From NCBI RefSeq assembly GCF_009914755.1, contig NC_060934.1: a stretch of DNA of 64,000 bases; one strand, given 5' to 3'. Below are positions 1 to 16,455 of the stretch, piece by piece (positions within the stretch are counted from its first letter, which is position 1; the number at the start of each line of letters is the position of its first letter). A program made the translations under genes and the position numbers. This DNA is from the human T2T-CHM13v2.0 reference genome, Homo sapiens. A model generated the notes under the pieces. It was not told the DNA's origin and did not search any database. It worked only from the letters and a program-made list of their open reading frames with translations.

Positions 1-255
1 TGTTCAATCTCTTTCTTCTCTGCTGGACTCAATGTGCCATGAAGGCAGGGAGCATGTCTACCATGTTCTTGTTGTATCCCCAGAACCTAGCACAGCCTGG
101 GACAGATAGGCATTTGTATCTGTTGAATGAATGAATGATTTACTATATAAAAAGGACTTGAAAGAATGTAATAAAGGAAATGATAAAAATAGATGAGGGG
201 CTAGATAACATGATACATTTAGAAGTGAGTTTAGAACCCACCCTTACTGAAATGA

Positions 256-581
<326 letters not shown>

Positions 582-1541
582 ATGATTTTTTAATTTAAAG
601 ACAAAGTCAGATTTTAAGAGATTCATATTAACTTAATCTTATCCAAAGAAACTTCTTTCTTAGAGAAAAATGGCGGGATAACCAAGATTTATTTTAAAAG
701 CTTTGTAGACATCAAATCACTTTCATTAAAAAAAAAAAACTTTAGATATTTGCGTAGAAATGGTCAGAAACATGTGGATTGCATTTCCCTTGAACTCTCT
801 TGGGTTTGCAAATTGGAAAAAAGGGTTTGGAATAAAATCCCTTTTCTATTTTCCTGAAGTCAGTATACTTGGGAAACGGTGATGTTTGAGATATTCAAGA
901 AACTGAAAATACGGGCGGGTACTTGTTTAAGTAACGTTATTTCCAATCCTACACCAAAGTGGCTGATAAGAAACCGGAAGTGGGCATTTAGCAGCTGAAA
1001 AGAACCAATTCAACAACAACATAATTTTTTTTTTTTTTGGTGTAGCTTTGACACAAGAGAAATCTCCCTCCCTCTGCCTCTCCCCTTGACCACAATCAAT
1101 ACTTTTAAGAGATGAAGGCGCGAGGAGGAAAGAGTTTATTCAGTCCTTTGTATGCGACTGAGCTGTGAAAACAGGATGAAGATTTTGCTAAATCTGTCCA
1201 TTAAGTTCCTCTAAGTGCTTTCAAAACATATCCTAGAGCAGAATGCAGGGCACAAGAAAGAGAAACTGGGAATTAAAGCGAAATTATTACTTTTAAATGT
1301 CTTGACAGTGGAAATGTCAGAAAAAATAGCAGGCGTGGCAAGCAGATACAACTTCAGATGCTCCACTTAAACCTTCTGTTGAGCATCCCAAAAAGCTGAA
1401 ACATTGTTCTGGTTTTTAAGTGGTCAAATTATATAATTTTTATGGAGCGAGAATTTATTTTGCTAGTTATCATATTAGTATCAATGAACAGTTTTACCCT
1501 AGATGTGCTAGATAAATATTGGGCTAAACTATATCAACCTA

Positions 1542-1750
1542 GCTGGGCGTGGTGGCTTATGCCTTTAATTCTAGCACTTTGGGAGGCCAAGGCACATTTG
1601 AGGTCAGGAGTTCAAGACCAGCCTGGCTAACATGGTGAAACCCCGTCTCTACTAAAAATACAAAAATAGGCCAGTTGTGGTGGCAGGTGCCTCTAATCCC
1701 AGTTACTCGGGAGGCTGAGGCAGGAGAATCCCTTGAGCCTGGGAGGTGGA
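1542..1750 (+). mobile_element. AluS, 3'-truncated
   Basis: Left arm, linker and part of right arm; no poly(A). Confidence 0.9.
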
Positions 1751-2491
1751 ATATATATACCAACCTAAATGCTTAGTATGATTACCAGGCATGTCAATAA
1801 TTTCCCCCATGAGTAGAAATTTACTTTCTAATTTAGATTTTTAGAACACTTTGAACATAAAATCAAGAAGCTTAATTTTATATGGAAAAGAACTTTTAAT
1901 GAAAAGGAGAAAAAAGGTGAAATAGAATAATTTTTGACCAAGAATATCAGTAATTTTGCATATGAATTTTTAAAATGTTTAGATTATGTTAATCTAGTAA
2001 TATTTAGAGATAACTATGAAAAGAGTCATTCATATTTAGACTTGCAAATTCTAGCAAATTTGTGTCTGAAAGATGGACTGCTAGAGCCCCCTAGCTGCTG
2101 GAAAGAATTCTGTCCTCCTAGGTATAGATAAATAACCTAATTGCAAAGGCAGTAAGTAGCACACCAAGAAATCTAGTGGAACACAATTAAACAAGAGCAT
2201 ACAACATGATCCTCCACTACTGTCCCACCTTTCAGGCTGGTGGCAATGTCAGCGCAGCTGTGAGCATCCACAGACATCTGTCCTGGGCCCCCACCCCCAT
2301 CACCCTGAGCTTCTTGACAGATCAATTGTAAGGACACCATTATCACCCTATTGTTCTGATTGGTTTGAACTAGATGGTCTCTCAAACTCAGAAGTGCAAT
2401 GAGTTCAATCAAGTTAGACATTTCAATTCCATTTTTGGTAGAAGGAGAGTCTATCCCAGGAACCTGGAAAGTTCTGAGCCTTGGGATGAAT

Positions 2492-2850
2492 GAGAGGCTA
2501 CAAACTCTCAGCCCATGGACAAATGTGTTTTGTTTGGTTTGCACAGAGCTTTTAAAACCTTTAAATAGCTTACATAGTTCTCTTTAAAGGCAATTTACAC
2601 ACTGGAAATTTTTTGATGAAAATTCATATTTCCAGCTTCTCTTGAAAAATCAAAAGATCTGGTAACTCGGGACCCGAGTACTCATATAGTACTGATAGGC
2701 TAAGTAGTGGTGATCTACTTTATATGATGAATAAAAGTTTAGTCCACCACAGTTCCCACCACTTCATATTGGATAATATAAAACCAGCATGCTGAATGCA
2801 ATTACATAACCTGCTTGGAGCCTGTAGGCAACTATGTCTGTAACTCCTAG
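2492..2850. mobile_element. Old hAT DNA transposon (MER102-like)
   Basis: gtgttttgtttggtttgcacag and gaaaaatcaaaagatctggtaac resemble the remembered MER102 consensus. Confidence 0.5.
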
Positions 2851-3072
2851 TCTAAACTGTAAATAATTTTATTCCTCCTCCTACTACTAATAATAGTCAA
2901 GCTTCTAGTGATTAAACACTTACTATGAGTCAGGCACAGTGGCAGGTCTTTTGTGTGCAGTGTCTCAAGTCTTCATATCAAGCATTCAAGACAATTATTT
3001 ATTTTGTAAACAAAAATATGAGATTTATGTTCAAATTAAATAATTCAAAAAATATATAAAAAGCACCACCCT

Positions 3073-3457
<385 letters not shown>

Positions 3458-3624
3458 TCATGGAATTTACAGTTGAATTACAAGCATGGTTACAAAGTAA
3501 ACGTATAGATTGCTGTGAAGGTATAAAGCAGTGGGGATCTAATGTGGTATGTATCAATGTCCTCACATTTTTATATTAGAGTCATTCGGAGAGCTTGCAG
3601 GTTCCAGCTGCATCCCTACCTGTT

Positions 3625-3947
3625 CCATTTCTCTGTCTCTCTCTCCCTTCCTCCTTCCTTCTCTCTGTCCCTCTCTCCCTTCCTCCTTCCTTCTTTTTCT
3701 CCCTCTCTCTCCCTTCCTCCTTCCTTCTCTGTCTCCCTCTCTCTCTTCCTCCTTTCTTCTCTCTCCCTCTGCCTTCCTCCTTCCTTCTCTCTCTCCCTCT
3801 CTCTCCCTTCCTCCGTCCTTCTCTGTCTCCCTCTCCCTTCCTCCTCCCGACTCTCTCTCCCTTCCTCTCTCTCTCCCTCCCTCCCTTCCTTTTCTCTCTC
3901 CTGCCTTCTGCCCTCTCTCCCTCTCCCTTCCTGCTTCCCTGTCTCCT

Positions 3948-3982
<35 letters not shown>

Positions 3983-3985
3983 GTT
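3625..3985. repeat. CT-rich polypyrimidine low-complexity tract ending in (CT)n
   Basis: About 360 bp almost entirely C/T; source of the spurious S/L/P-rich ORFs 3542-4052. Confidence 0.95.
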
Positions 3986-4027
3986 TTCTGATTACCTAGG
4001 CTTGGGTGGCCAGGAATCTGTACTTTT

Positions 4028-4615
4028 CAAAATTATGGTAAAGTATAGATAACAAAAAATTTACCCTGTAGACATTTTTAAGTGTGCAATTCAACAGCAT
4101 TAAGTACACTCACATTGTTGTGCAGCCATCAGCACCAACCATCTCTAGAACCTTCTTCTAGATCTTCTGAAACTTCTTCTGAATCTGAAACACCATAAAA
4201 CTCCCCATTTCCACGCCTGCCAGCAGCATAATGTCTCAACCTTCATCCAGCTCTGGAACCTTTTTCTAGATCTTCTGAAACTTCTTCGGAATCTGAAACA
4301 CCATAAAACTCCCCATTTCCATGCCTGCCAGCAGCATAATGTCTCAATGTTCATCCATCTCTAGAACCTTTTTCTAGATCTTCTGAAATTTCTTCTGAAT
4401 CTGAAACACTATAAAACTCCCCATTTTCATGCCTGCTAGCAGCATAATGTCTCAAGGTTCAGCCAGGTTGTAGCAAGTATCAGAATTTCCTCCCTTTTTA
4501 AGGCTGGATAATATTCAATTGTATGTATATGCCAAGTTTTATCCATTCATCTCTTGATGTGCACTGCTGTGAATAAAGTTGCTATGAACATGGGTGTAGA
4601 AATACCAGTTCAAGT
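4028..4615 (-). mobile_element. Old L1 (L1MB-like) 3' end
   Basis: tttaagtgtgcaattcaacagcattaagtacactcacattgttgtgcagccatc and ttttaaggctggataatattc are typical L1M 3'UTR antisense sequence. Confidence 0.75.
4139..4462. repeat. Tandem repeat, 3 x 108 bp, inside the L1M
   Basis: ctagatcttctgaaa recurs at 4158, 4266 and 4374. Confidence 0.95.
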
Positions 4616-4630
4616 AGGAATCTACACTTT

Positions 4631-5949
<1,319 letters not shown>

Positions 5950-8900
5950 AGGAATCTGCACTTTTACCAATAACCCAGGTGAATCTTATACAGGTGGGTC
6001 ATGAGCCAGACTTTGATAAATGATGGTCTAAGAGTCAGGGAAAGTCTCTCTGAGAAGTTGACCTTGAAACTGAGTCTCAAATCATGTATAGGAGTTGCCC
6101 AATTTAGGGGAGGTAACAGCACGGATCCTGGAAACCTGAAAATGTAGATTTCGAACTTTGCCTGAAATACTGAGATATTGGAATTGCCACAGGAACATTC
6201 ATCAGCACCGAGGTTTGCAAATGTGTGTCATAACTTAGTTGAATAACTAAAACAAGTGTCCCTAATCAATTACTCTTAATAATTATGTGCTAAGTGTCTC
6301 CTATATGTCAGGCACCTTGTTAGGTATAAGAAATATCATGTATCCATTTATCCATTTACTTACAGTGAGCCAGGTGATGTGCTAGGTGTTGAAAACTTAC
6401 AGGAATTGTTGTACTATATAATTTTGTTAATTGTTTTACAAAATCCACATATATCACTTGTCAATAATTTTTCTCTGTGCTGATCCCTAAGAACATCAAA
6501 TAATTAATACTTACACACTTATCTGTAGGCTCCTGAACTGATGGCATGAGAATTCTTTTTCCTCCTCTGTAAGTGATGGAATTTACCACTGGTGATCATT
6601 GCTGAGTTTTTAAGGCATTCTTTATTTCAACTGTTAACCTATCTTTTTGCTACCATTGATTTCTGGGTTTCCATGTTTAAGGATGACTTGCATATTTACC
6701 AAAGTTCATCAAAGCTGTAAGAGTTATCTTGACACATTGATAGAAAGCTGTGGTTCTTTGAGAGGGAAGATAGAGGAAGTCATTTATGACTAAATTACTT
6801 TTTAAAAGCCTGATACTATGAAAAGAACATCTAATGATACATAATTTTAAAGTGCAATTCAAAGATAAAAGGTTTAGACTGCAGAGGTCTCAAAGAAATT
6901 CAGGAGAACACTTTTCTGAATATTTACATCACTTAACGTAGCTGATATCATAGTCTACCTTGTATTAAAATTATTATTTTACCTTATCAGAGTACAAGTT
7001 TCTTGAAGGTAGGAACCATTTCTTAATCTTTATCTTTGAATACCTCTCAGCATTAGCGCTGAGTAACCTCCAGCATTGAATAACTCACAGTATATCATGT
7101 ACTGAACACTACATAGTAAAATAGATACCCAATAAACATTCAATGATTGGACAAATAAATGAACATGATTCATGGAAGAGCAATTTGGAAAGAAGCAAAC
7201 TTGAGTTACCATTTGCTTAAAATAAACACACTTCTGTGTCAGAGCAAGTAGGTGGCAAAATGATGATTTAATATAAAAACAAAATACTGCAAATAAAACA
7301 TTTACTTTATTTTCAAAGGAAAGGAGTTTCAAAAATCTTTGAGAAGCTTGTCATTCATTCTTCAGAAAAAGCCCTTCTCGGAAGTGTGAGTACTCCGATC
7401 TGGAAGGGCAAACCAGATTAAATATCAGGCAGAGAGAAGTTGAATACCCTGTGCTTCTTGAGAAAAAGAGACTGCTTAGTGTGGGCTATGGAATCCAAGA
7501 AGACTAGTAGACATTTTTTGTAGTTTGTGCGTTGACAAGCCCAGTGACTCAGATTGACACCTAATGAGTGCTTTGAAGAAAGCATTCAGGAGAACACTTT
7601 TCTGAATATTTACATCACTTAACGTAGCTGATATCATAGTCTACCTTGTATTGATTTGATTACCTTGTAGGTAAGGAGAGAGGAAGAGGGTAGAAAACAA
7701 GGGATGCAGAGGAAAAGGAAGGAGGAAGTTTTAACTTAAATTTGAAAGGCTCTTTCTTTCCCTTCTCTTCCAGAGAAAGAGCGTGACTTAAACAAAGCAG
7801 TCAGTAAAAAAAAGATGAGCCTTAAACTATTATTTTCAATGACTTTGAAACATCTTCTTCTGGAATAACCTTTTTGAAAATAATTTCATATTTGGTCATT
7901 TTGGGGAGAAAATTCTTGCAACCAAAGTTGTTTATGTTGAAGCTCACATATACCTGCTTATCTCCCATCTATCATTTCTGAGAGCTAAATCATGTCCCAG
8001 TTACTTGCTTCGCTGGCTTTCATGGGAAGGAATTCAAGAAAAATTTTGAATCTGTTTATTTCTATAGATTCTCGGGAACTGACTTCCTGGGAGTGCGATG
8101 ATATTATGCAGATTATTGTATGACACATAATGGCCCAGTGATTCCCAGTTTTTTGGCCTACATTTAATTGGAACACTTACTTTTAGAGAAACTTCAGTTG
8201 AAGTCAAATTCTTTGTAAACTAGGGGAAGCAGAAATAGCAAAGTGAAGGGAGAGGCTAAGAAGTCAAGAGAGAAGACTTGGAAAGACAGAGAAAGGAGTT
8301 TGCAAAGTCCTGTGATTCTCCCCAAATGCAAAAATGAAATTTGGCTGATGTACTGTAACTTAAACCATATTGTTTCTGGTGAGTATAATACTATATAAAT
8401 TTTTAAATCCTGTCATTTTATGGGGCTGACTCGAGAAGTCTGGACAGAATGGGTTTACAGTGTATGTCAGAAAATCAAAATCAAGTGCAAAGGCTTCATT
8501 TCAGCTTGTTCTGGGCTGCGTCTTATGGAACCAGGACTAAAGCCAGCAATGCAACAACTTCCCTCCACTGTCTGATGCTACCTCATATATCACTCCTGGT
8601 ATGTCACTGGCACTGCTAAAAAATGAATTTTTAAAAAAATCTGGGAATTATCAACATAAGAAAATGATCATGTGCAGCAATCTACTTCCAGTGATTTCTT
8701 GTTTCTAAAAGGACACAACCTGAGGTGCGGAGTCAGTCACCAGAGCACTCTGCTCTGAAGCAAGTCCATGCTGTGGCAGGCATCTGGTCTCTTATTCATC
8801 TCTCCATACCTGGCACAATAGGGAAGCTTCATAACTGTTTGTGGAATGGAGTGCGATGATATTATGCAGATTATTGTATGACACATAATTAGGGAGAGCC

Positions 8901-9012
8901 TTCTAATTTGTGAAGCAAGCAATTGCCCATGTGAAGTGATTACCCAATATAACAAGTGTTAATTACTCAGCTCTTTGGATTAATTCAATGTTGCCAAGAA
9001 CATATTGTTTTG

Positions 9013-9094
9013 ATTAATTTGAACCACATGAAATTGCCAACACTTGACCATTTTTGATCTCCCAAATTGCAGTTTCATATGGTTCAATCTAATA
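9013..9094. mobile_element. MADE2 mariner-derived MITE
   Basis: About 80-bp inverted repeat ttgaaccacatgaaattgc ... gcagtttcatatggttcaa. Confidence 0.8.
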
Positions 9095-9336
9095 TTCTAA
9101 TTATCATATTAGTTGTAAGTTGAACCTTATGTGGTTGCTATTTGTATAGGACAAACACTGTTAACTACCAAAAACATCAGAGAGTTCAACTATCTACCCA
9201 TTTAGGTATTATATAATTATTCATCATTACATGGTAAAAACAGCTACCACTATCTATTGAGTGTGTACTGTGTCCACATACTTTGCTAAGTAGTTTATAT
9301 ACTTTACTTTATTCAATCTTATGAGGTAGGTTCTAA

Positions 9337-10109
<773 letters not shown>

Positions 10110-10379
10110 TTAGCTCAAACTGAGAAGTAGGTAAAGCTATTCCCTGTCCTCCCACCTCCCTTTCCCAGGCCTGTCCTCTTTTTCTGTATTATTTATAAGA
10201 ACATTAATAGCAGTGACGTTTATGGAGCTTTTTCTTAGAGACATGGCATAGTGTAATGTTTAAAGACTTTGGAGCCAGAGAGCCTGGACTCAAATCTTGG
10301 CCCCTCTACCTCCTCGTGTTTTATTCTCCAAGTCCTGATCATTACATAGCATTTCTCTGGCACTCCCTAGCCTTTCAAA

Positions 10380-11200
10380 GTACTTCTTTTTTATTTTCTT
10401 GTTTCCGTCCTGGTTCAGCTTCCTGTGTGCTCAACCTCTGTCCTCCCTCCATATGGTTTTTCCTTGATGATCTCATCCATTTTGACGGCTTCAACTCTCA
10501 CCTCCTCGTCTTTGACTCCCAGATCTTTATCTTCTCTCCGTCTTCTCTTCCAAGGTCCAGGTCTAAATTTTCAGCTGTCTGCCAGACTCTTGTAAATGTC
10601 ACACCAGAAACTTTAAGTCATGATGTCCAGAATCGAATTCATTGCCTCCGGCCATCCTCTTATTACCCAGGCTCAGCCCTCTTGTGTCTACTGCATCCCC
10701 CACTCAGGCAGCTGCTGAGCCTGACAGTTTCACTTCTGCCACTCCTCCTTTATTGCTCCCCTTCTTTTCGTTCCACCTGCCCACTCCAATCATGCCCTCA
10801 CTCCCTTCCTCCTGGCCTTTTCCTTCCAGTTGGCCCCTACCCTCATTGCGGGGATGACCTTCCTAGACTTGAACTAGGATTCTGGCTCTCCTACCAGAGA
10901 ACATTCAGTTGCTTCTGGTTGTCTGTAGAGGAAAGTTCAAATTCTGTTTGGCTCCAACTTTTCCAGTCCTAACTTCAACTTCTCTACTCCATATATCTGA
11001 TATGCCACATGTACTGGACTACTCACTCCACTGCTTCCTGTATATCTATCTATGTTTCTACCTTTTGTCTATGTTATTCCCTTTGCTTCACGTTCTTTTC
11101 TCCATCTGTCTTACCCATCTTTCAAGATCCAACTCAAATGCCCCTTTCACATGTCTATCACACCATCATACACTAGGTCCTCAATTAAAATGTGAACACT
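10380..11200. mobile_element. Degenerate L2 fragments
   Basis: gatctcatccattttgacggcttcaactctcacctc...gactcccagatctttatc motifs; explains ORF 10256..10972. Confidence 0.6.
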
Positions 11201-12924
11201 AAATTGCTCAATGTGATTTTTAAAAATGATGTCTGCAAAGTAAAGTAATTGAACTGTACTTTTGAGTCAGTGAAAGAACAGACTCCAGACTACCTTTCTG
11301 TCTCCCAAAGTGTAGTCATCCTTTTAGAAGGGTGTTCCTCTCTTTCAGGCAGCAATTATTACAGTCAAGCTGGCCTGTCCAGCCTAAATCCTGTATCCTC
11401 TTGAAAAGCCTGAGAACATCTCATCCCTCATGAAGAGTCTAAGGTCTTCCTTCCTTTCTTTGAAGAAGCTCCCAGGATTCTTGGGTGGCAACACTTTGAC
11501 CTTCTTTTTCCCTTGGGCATGCTAAACTCAGCTGTCCTTTGTAAGGATTCATTACTCAGAGTACTCAGTTATTTCAAACCCCAAACCTGTAGGGAAGAAG
11601 GTTTTTTTTAAAAAAAAATACTATCCCTGTGTGTTTGTGGAGAGGACGGTATATTTGATGAGGGCAGAGAAAGGTTTTGAAAGTAATCATAGGCTGCTCT
11701 TATGATTACCAACTGAAAACACTGGTGATACTTAGAAATGGCTAAAGATAACTTTCCACACTATATTTATATTTGGGCTAAGATCAAACACGAGAAATGA
11801 GTTAGAGAGACAAGTAAATATGAGCTGATCATGAAAGGTCATTCATTCTTCATCTAACAGCTAAGAGGCAACATTGAAAAAAGATGCACTTCCTACTGAA
11901 GTTTGTCCTTGAACTAACAACCGATTACAGAATTTTAATTTAATATTACAGCATATGTTGTCTTTCTGAATTTAAAAAGCCATGAAGATGCCAAATCTTT
12001 TCAAGTTCTGCAGAAGAATAGTGTCACCAAAATAAGGTCATCAGTGGTAGTATTTATAATAAATTTACAATTTCTGAAAAAATGAAATCAATATATACAA
12101 TTAATATTGCAAATAAACGTCAAAATGACATACTTCCTGCCATATAAATGAACTCTGTTTCACACATAAATGTGTTTTGTGGCAATAGTTCAAAATTCTT
12201 TTTCTTCAACAGTAAGCAGATTGAATGAAATAAAAAATGATGTGCCAGGACTTAAAGGTACAAATGGTACAAATTTCAAATTACTGATTGCTGACTGTGC
12301 TTACAGACATCAAACAATACTTTTTCAGGCAGCTATAATAGTCCGCTTCAACAGAGACATGATCTATTACAGGAAAATTGAAAATATGGGGACTATTTGA
12401 CTGGTCAATGGTCATTTTAAATTATTAAGGTTTGGGGATGGGTTTTCTTAGGTTATAGAAAATACAATGCAAACTAAATGAAATCTCATTAACTTCAAAC
12501 CTTTTTTTACCAAGCACCTTTGTTGTAGTTTGAAAAGTACCAAGATGTTCAGCCAGAATATAAACTCACTTTGCATTAGAAGAAGTGCACATTTGGGCAA
12601 AATCAATAGTCAATGACATCCCTTAATGGAAATCCTAGCAGGCCAGAGCAATCACTCTTGAGAGACCAAGACTGTATTTCTGCAGGCAAGAATTTTTCTC
12701 GGGGACTAACTTCTGATGTATAGGTGAGACTTGTTCTCTAACAGAGTGTGAATCTGAGCTCTCTCAACCTGCCCACTCCTTCAAAATCGTTCTTAGGTAA
12801 CATCTTCCCACAAGTAAGAGTTGAGTACAGCATCAAAATTAAGTCAGCAATCCTGCATCATTGCACTTGAGGTGCTCCTTCCAACACCAGGAAATAAGAA
12901 GCAGATTTGTGTATTAGAAAAGAT

Positions 12925-13690
12925 CTATTGGTCAGAACTTTTCTAGTTGCAAGCGACAGAAACCAAACTCAAACCAGCTCAGGCCAAAAAGACAATTTAT
13001 TGTAGCAGCTTATCAGAAAGTGCAAATTAGGCTGGATCTAGGGGTTCAGATGATGTCCTCAGGAATGTGTCTGTTTCTTCCCATCTCTCAGCTGTGCTTC
13101 CTCTGTAAAGGATTCATTCCCAAACTGGCTGTAGCCAGTGGAGAACACTTAACAGGTAGGGCTGCTGAGAGCTGGTGCAGATCTGGAGGAAAGTTTTGTC
13201 TTCAGGCATTTCCAGCAAGGGTTAACTGGTTTAAAACAATCTTTACAACTAACTTTATGTTGGTCTATACACTGGAGTCCAGAACACTCCTTTGGACTCT
13301 GTCTCCCAGTAACAGGTACTATCTTCCTATCCCCTTCTTCCTCCCAACACACATGCTCCCAACTCCATCCCCTCCTTGGCCTAGCTCATAGGCTTGCATG
13401 GTCCTGCACTTATGATTTCACTAGGCAACTGTCTCTGTCTCTGTCTCTGTCTGTCTGTCTCTTTCCCATGCCCCTCCCAATTTATATCAAATTTCAAGGC
13501 ATTATACCCACTGACCCTGATTGGGTATCCCTAACTCTGGCCAATCACTATGCCTGGCAAGGTGGAATATTCTAGTAGGCCTAGGACATGCTGATCTCCA
13601 TGGGAAGTAGAGTCTTCTTTGATACAGCCTCACCAATTACACACACAATTAGGGTAAGGGGAGCAATGCTCAAAAAGAAGTGTTCTACCT
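12925..13690. mobile_element. Old MaLR LTR (MLT1J/K/L-like)
   Basis: ttgcaagcgacagaaaccaaactcaaaccagct and ccctgattgg...ccaatcactatg motifs. Confidence 0.55.
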
Positions 13691-14173
13691 TACACAAACA
13701 AGAAACAAACTCCACCTCAACTACTGAAACCATTGGGAAGAATCAGGACTTGCTGTTTTATGTGATTTTCCCTGAGTCTAGATTTCTGGCCTAGCTGAGA
13801 GCCATAAAATCAGTTGAAATGAGTCGAATCTGAAAACCCTTGCTAGGAGCTAAATAGGGAAAAGAAGGCTTGTTTCTTCCTCATGCTGTGGCATTAGATC
13901 CAACCTCACCGGTAATATGTTGCTCAAACTTGCATGTGTACCTAGGCTTCAACATGTGGACAGGGAACCCAGCTTTGGGGTAGTGAAGCCGGTGGTTATG
14001 GCAGGACAAGAGAGGAGGCTTCAGCATGGGGAGAATTCTCTTACCTTGGAATCCGGCTAAGGTAGTGAATATGGCAATTCTGGTACAAACCTCGTCAAAT
14101 AAAGATGCACTGAGCATCTCTATGTATCAGGCAATGTGGGGACATAGTCATGAATTTTTTAAAAAAAATTCCC

Positions 14174-14504
<331 letters not shown>

Positions 14505-15084
14505 TCACAGAAAAGCAAATTGCTAACTACAACACAATGTGATTAGTGCTATGAGAATGGTCTAACAAAGTGTTAAAGGAGCAGAGAGAGGAGTGATTCA
14601 TTTTTCCAGGGGTGGAGGGAATTAACACCATCAGGACAGTGGGATTGCGGTGCACCAGTGGAAGTTCCCAGAGGAGGTGGCATATGACCTGAAGAATGAG
14701 AGGGAGTGTGAAAACTTAGAAGCAGGAGAACAGCATTTCAGGCAGAGGAAACAGTAACAACAAGGAGGGGTGAAAATCAATTCCACATCTTTTTAGTAGT
14801 TGCTGGCCAAGTTTCCAAGACCAGGGGGAGGATTGAAGCAATTATTGAGAAAACTGTCTCAATCTTCCCTTTTCTCCTGGCTGTGGAAATTTGGCCACTG
14901 CTGCACTTTTGTAAGAGAAAGAGTCTTGATTTCAGAGACCACACAATATTAAGTGATAGAAAAATTATTTTTTAGACAGAATGGAGAAAAACCACAGCAC
15001 CTGAATTCAACTGGGAAAACTAGATTTTGTGAGAAAGGAAAACAAAAAGCTTTCTCATCTTTCTCTGTCTTTGTCTCTCTCTCA

Positions 15085-15587
<503 letters not shown>

Positions 15588-16137
15588 TCGAAATCAAAAT
15601 CAAAATGAAGAGCGACTCCAGGAATTGTTCCCCATACTCTCTTCTCCATTATCCTATCTCCCCAAATGTCTGGGAAGCTTGTTAGCATGCAATAAGATTT
15701 GAATAAGATTTGAAGATTAAATAACATTAAATGTTTGTCTTGCAAGAAAGAGACTATAAATTTATATGAAACAAGACATTGGTAGAAAGGCATGTAGAAA
15801 CATGATGGAGGGAGAAATTCCAGCTTAAAATCCACAAAATGCATTGCAAATGCAGAGATACCAAATGGAACTCAGTTTGAGTTTCAGCCCTATGATTTCT
15901 GAACTGTTTAACTTTGGACAGTAGCTTCACCTCTTTAAATCTCCGTTTTAAAATGGGGATAATGACAGTGCCTACAGCATAGGGTTGTTTTGAGGATTGA
16001 AAGGAATAATCATGCAAAAATGATTCACACAGTTCCCGGCCCACAATTTTATCTTAAAATCAGCAGAGCAATGGCATGCACGCATACATCTGAGATATTG
16101 CAGATTCTGTTCCAGACCACCACAATAAAGCAAGTTA

Positions 16138-16455
<318 letters not shown>

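Noticed and set aside
2173-2544. 123-aa minus-strand ORF considered as a processed pseudogene
   Set aside because: No convincing similarity to a protein I recognise, partial overlap with a MER-like element, and no poly(A) or TSD.
3542-4052. Three overlapping 134-167 aa ORFs
   Set aside because: The CT-only low-complexity tract cannot encode stop codons; these are artefacts.
10256-10972. Longest ORF in the track (238 aa)
   Set aside because: Lies over pyrimidine-rich L2/MIR remnants, with no recognisable domain or splice context.
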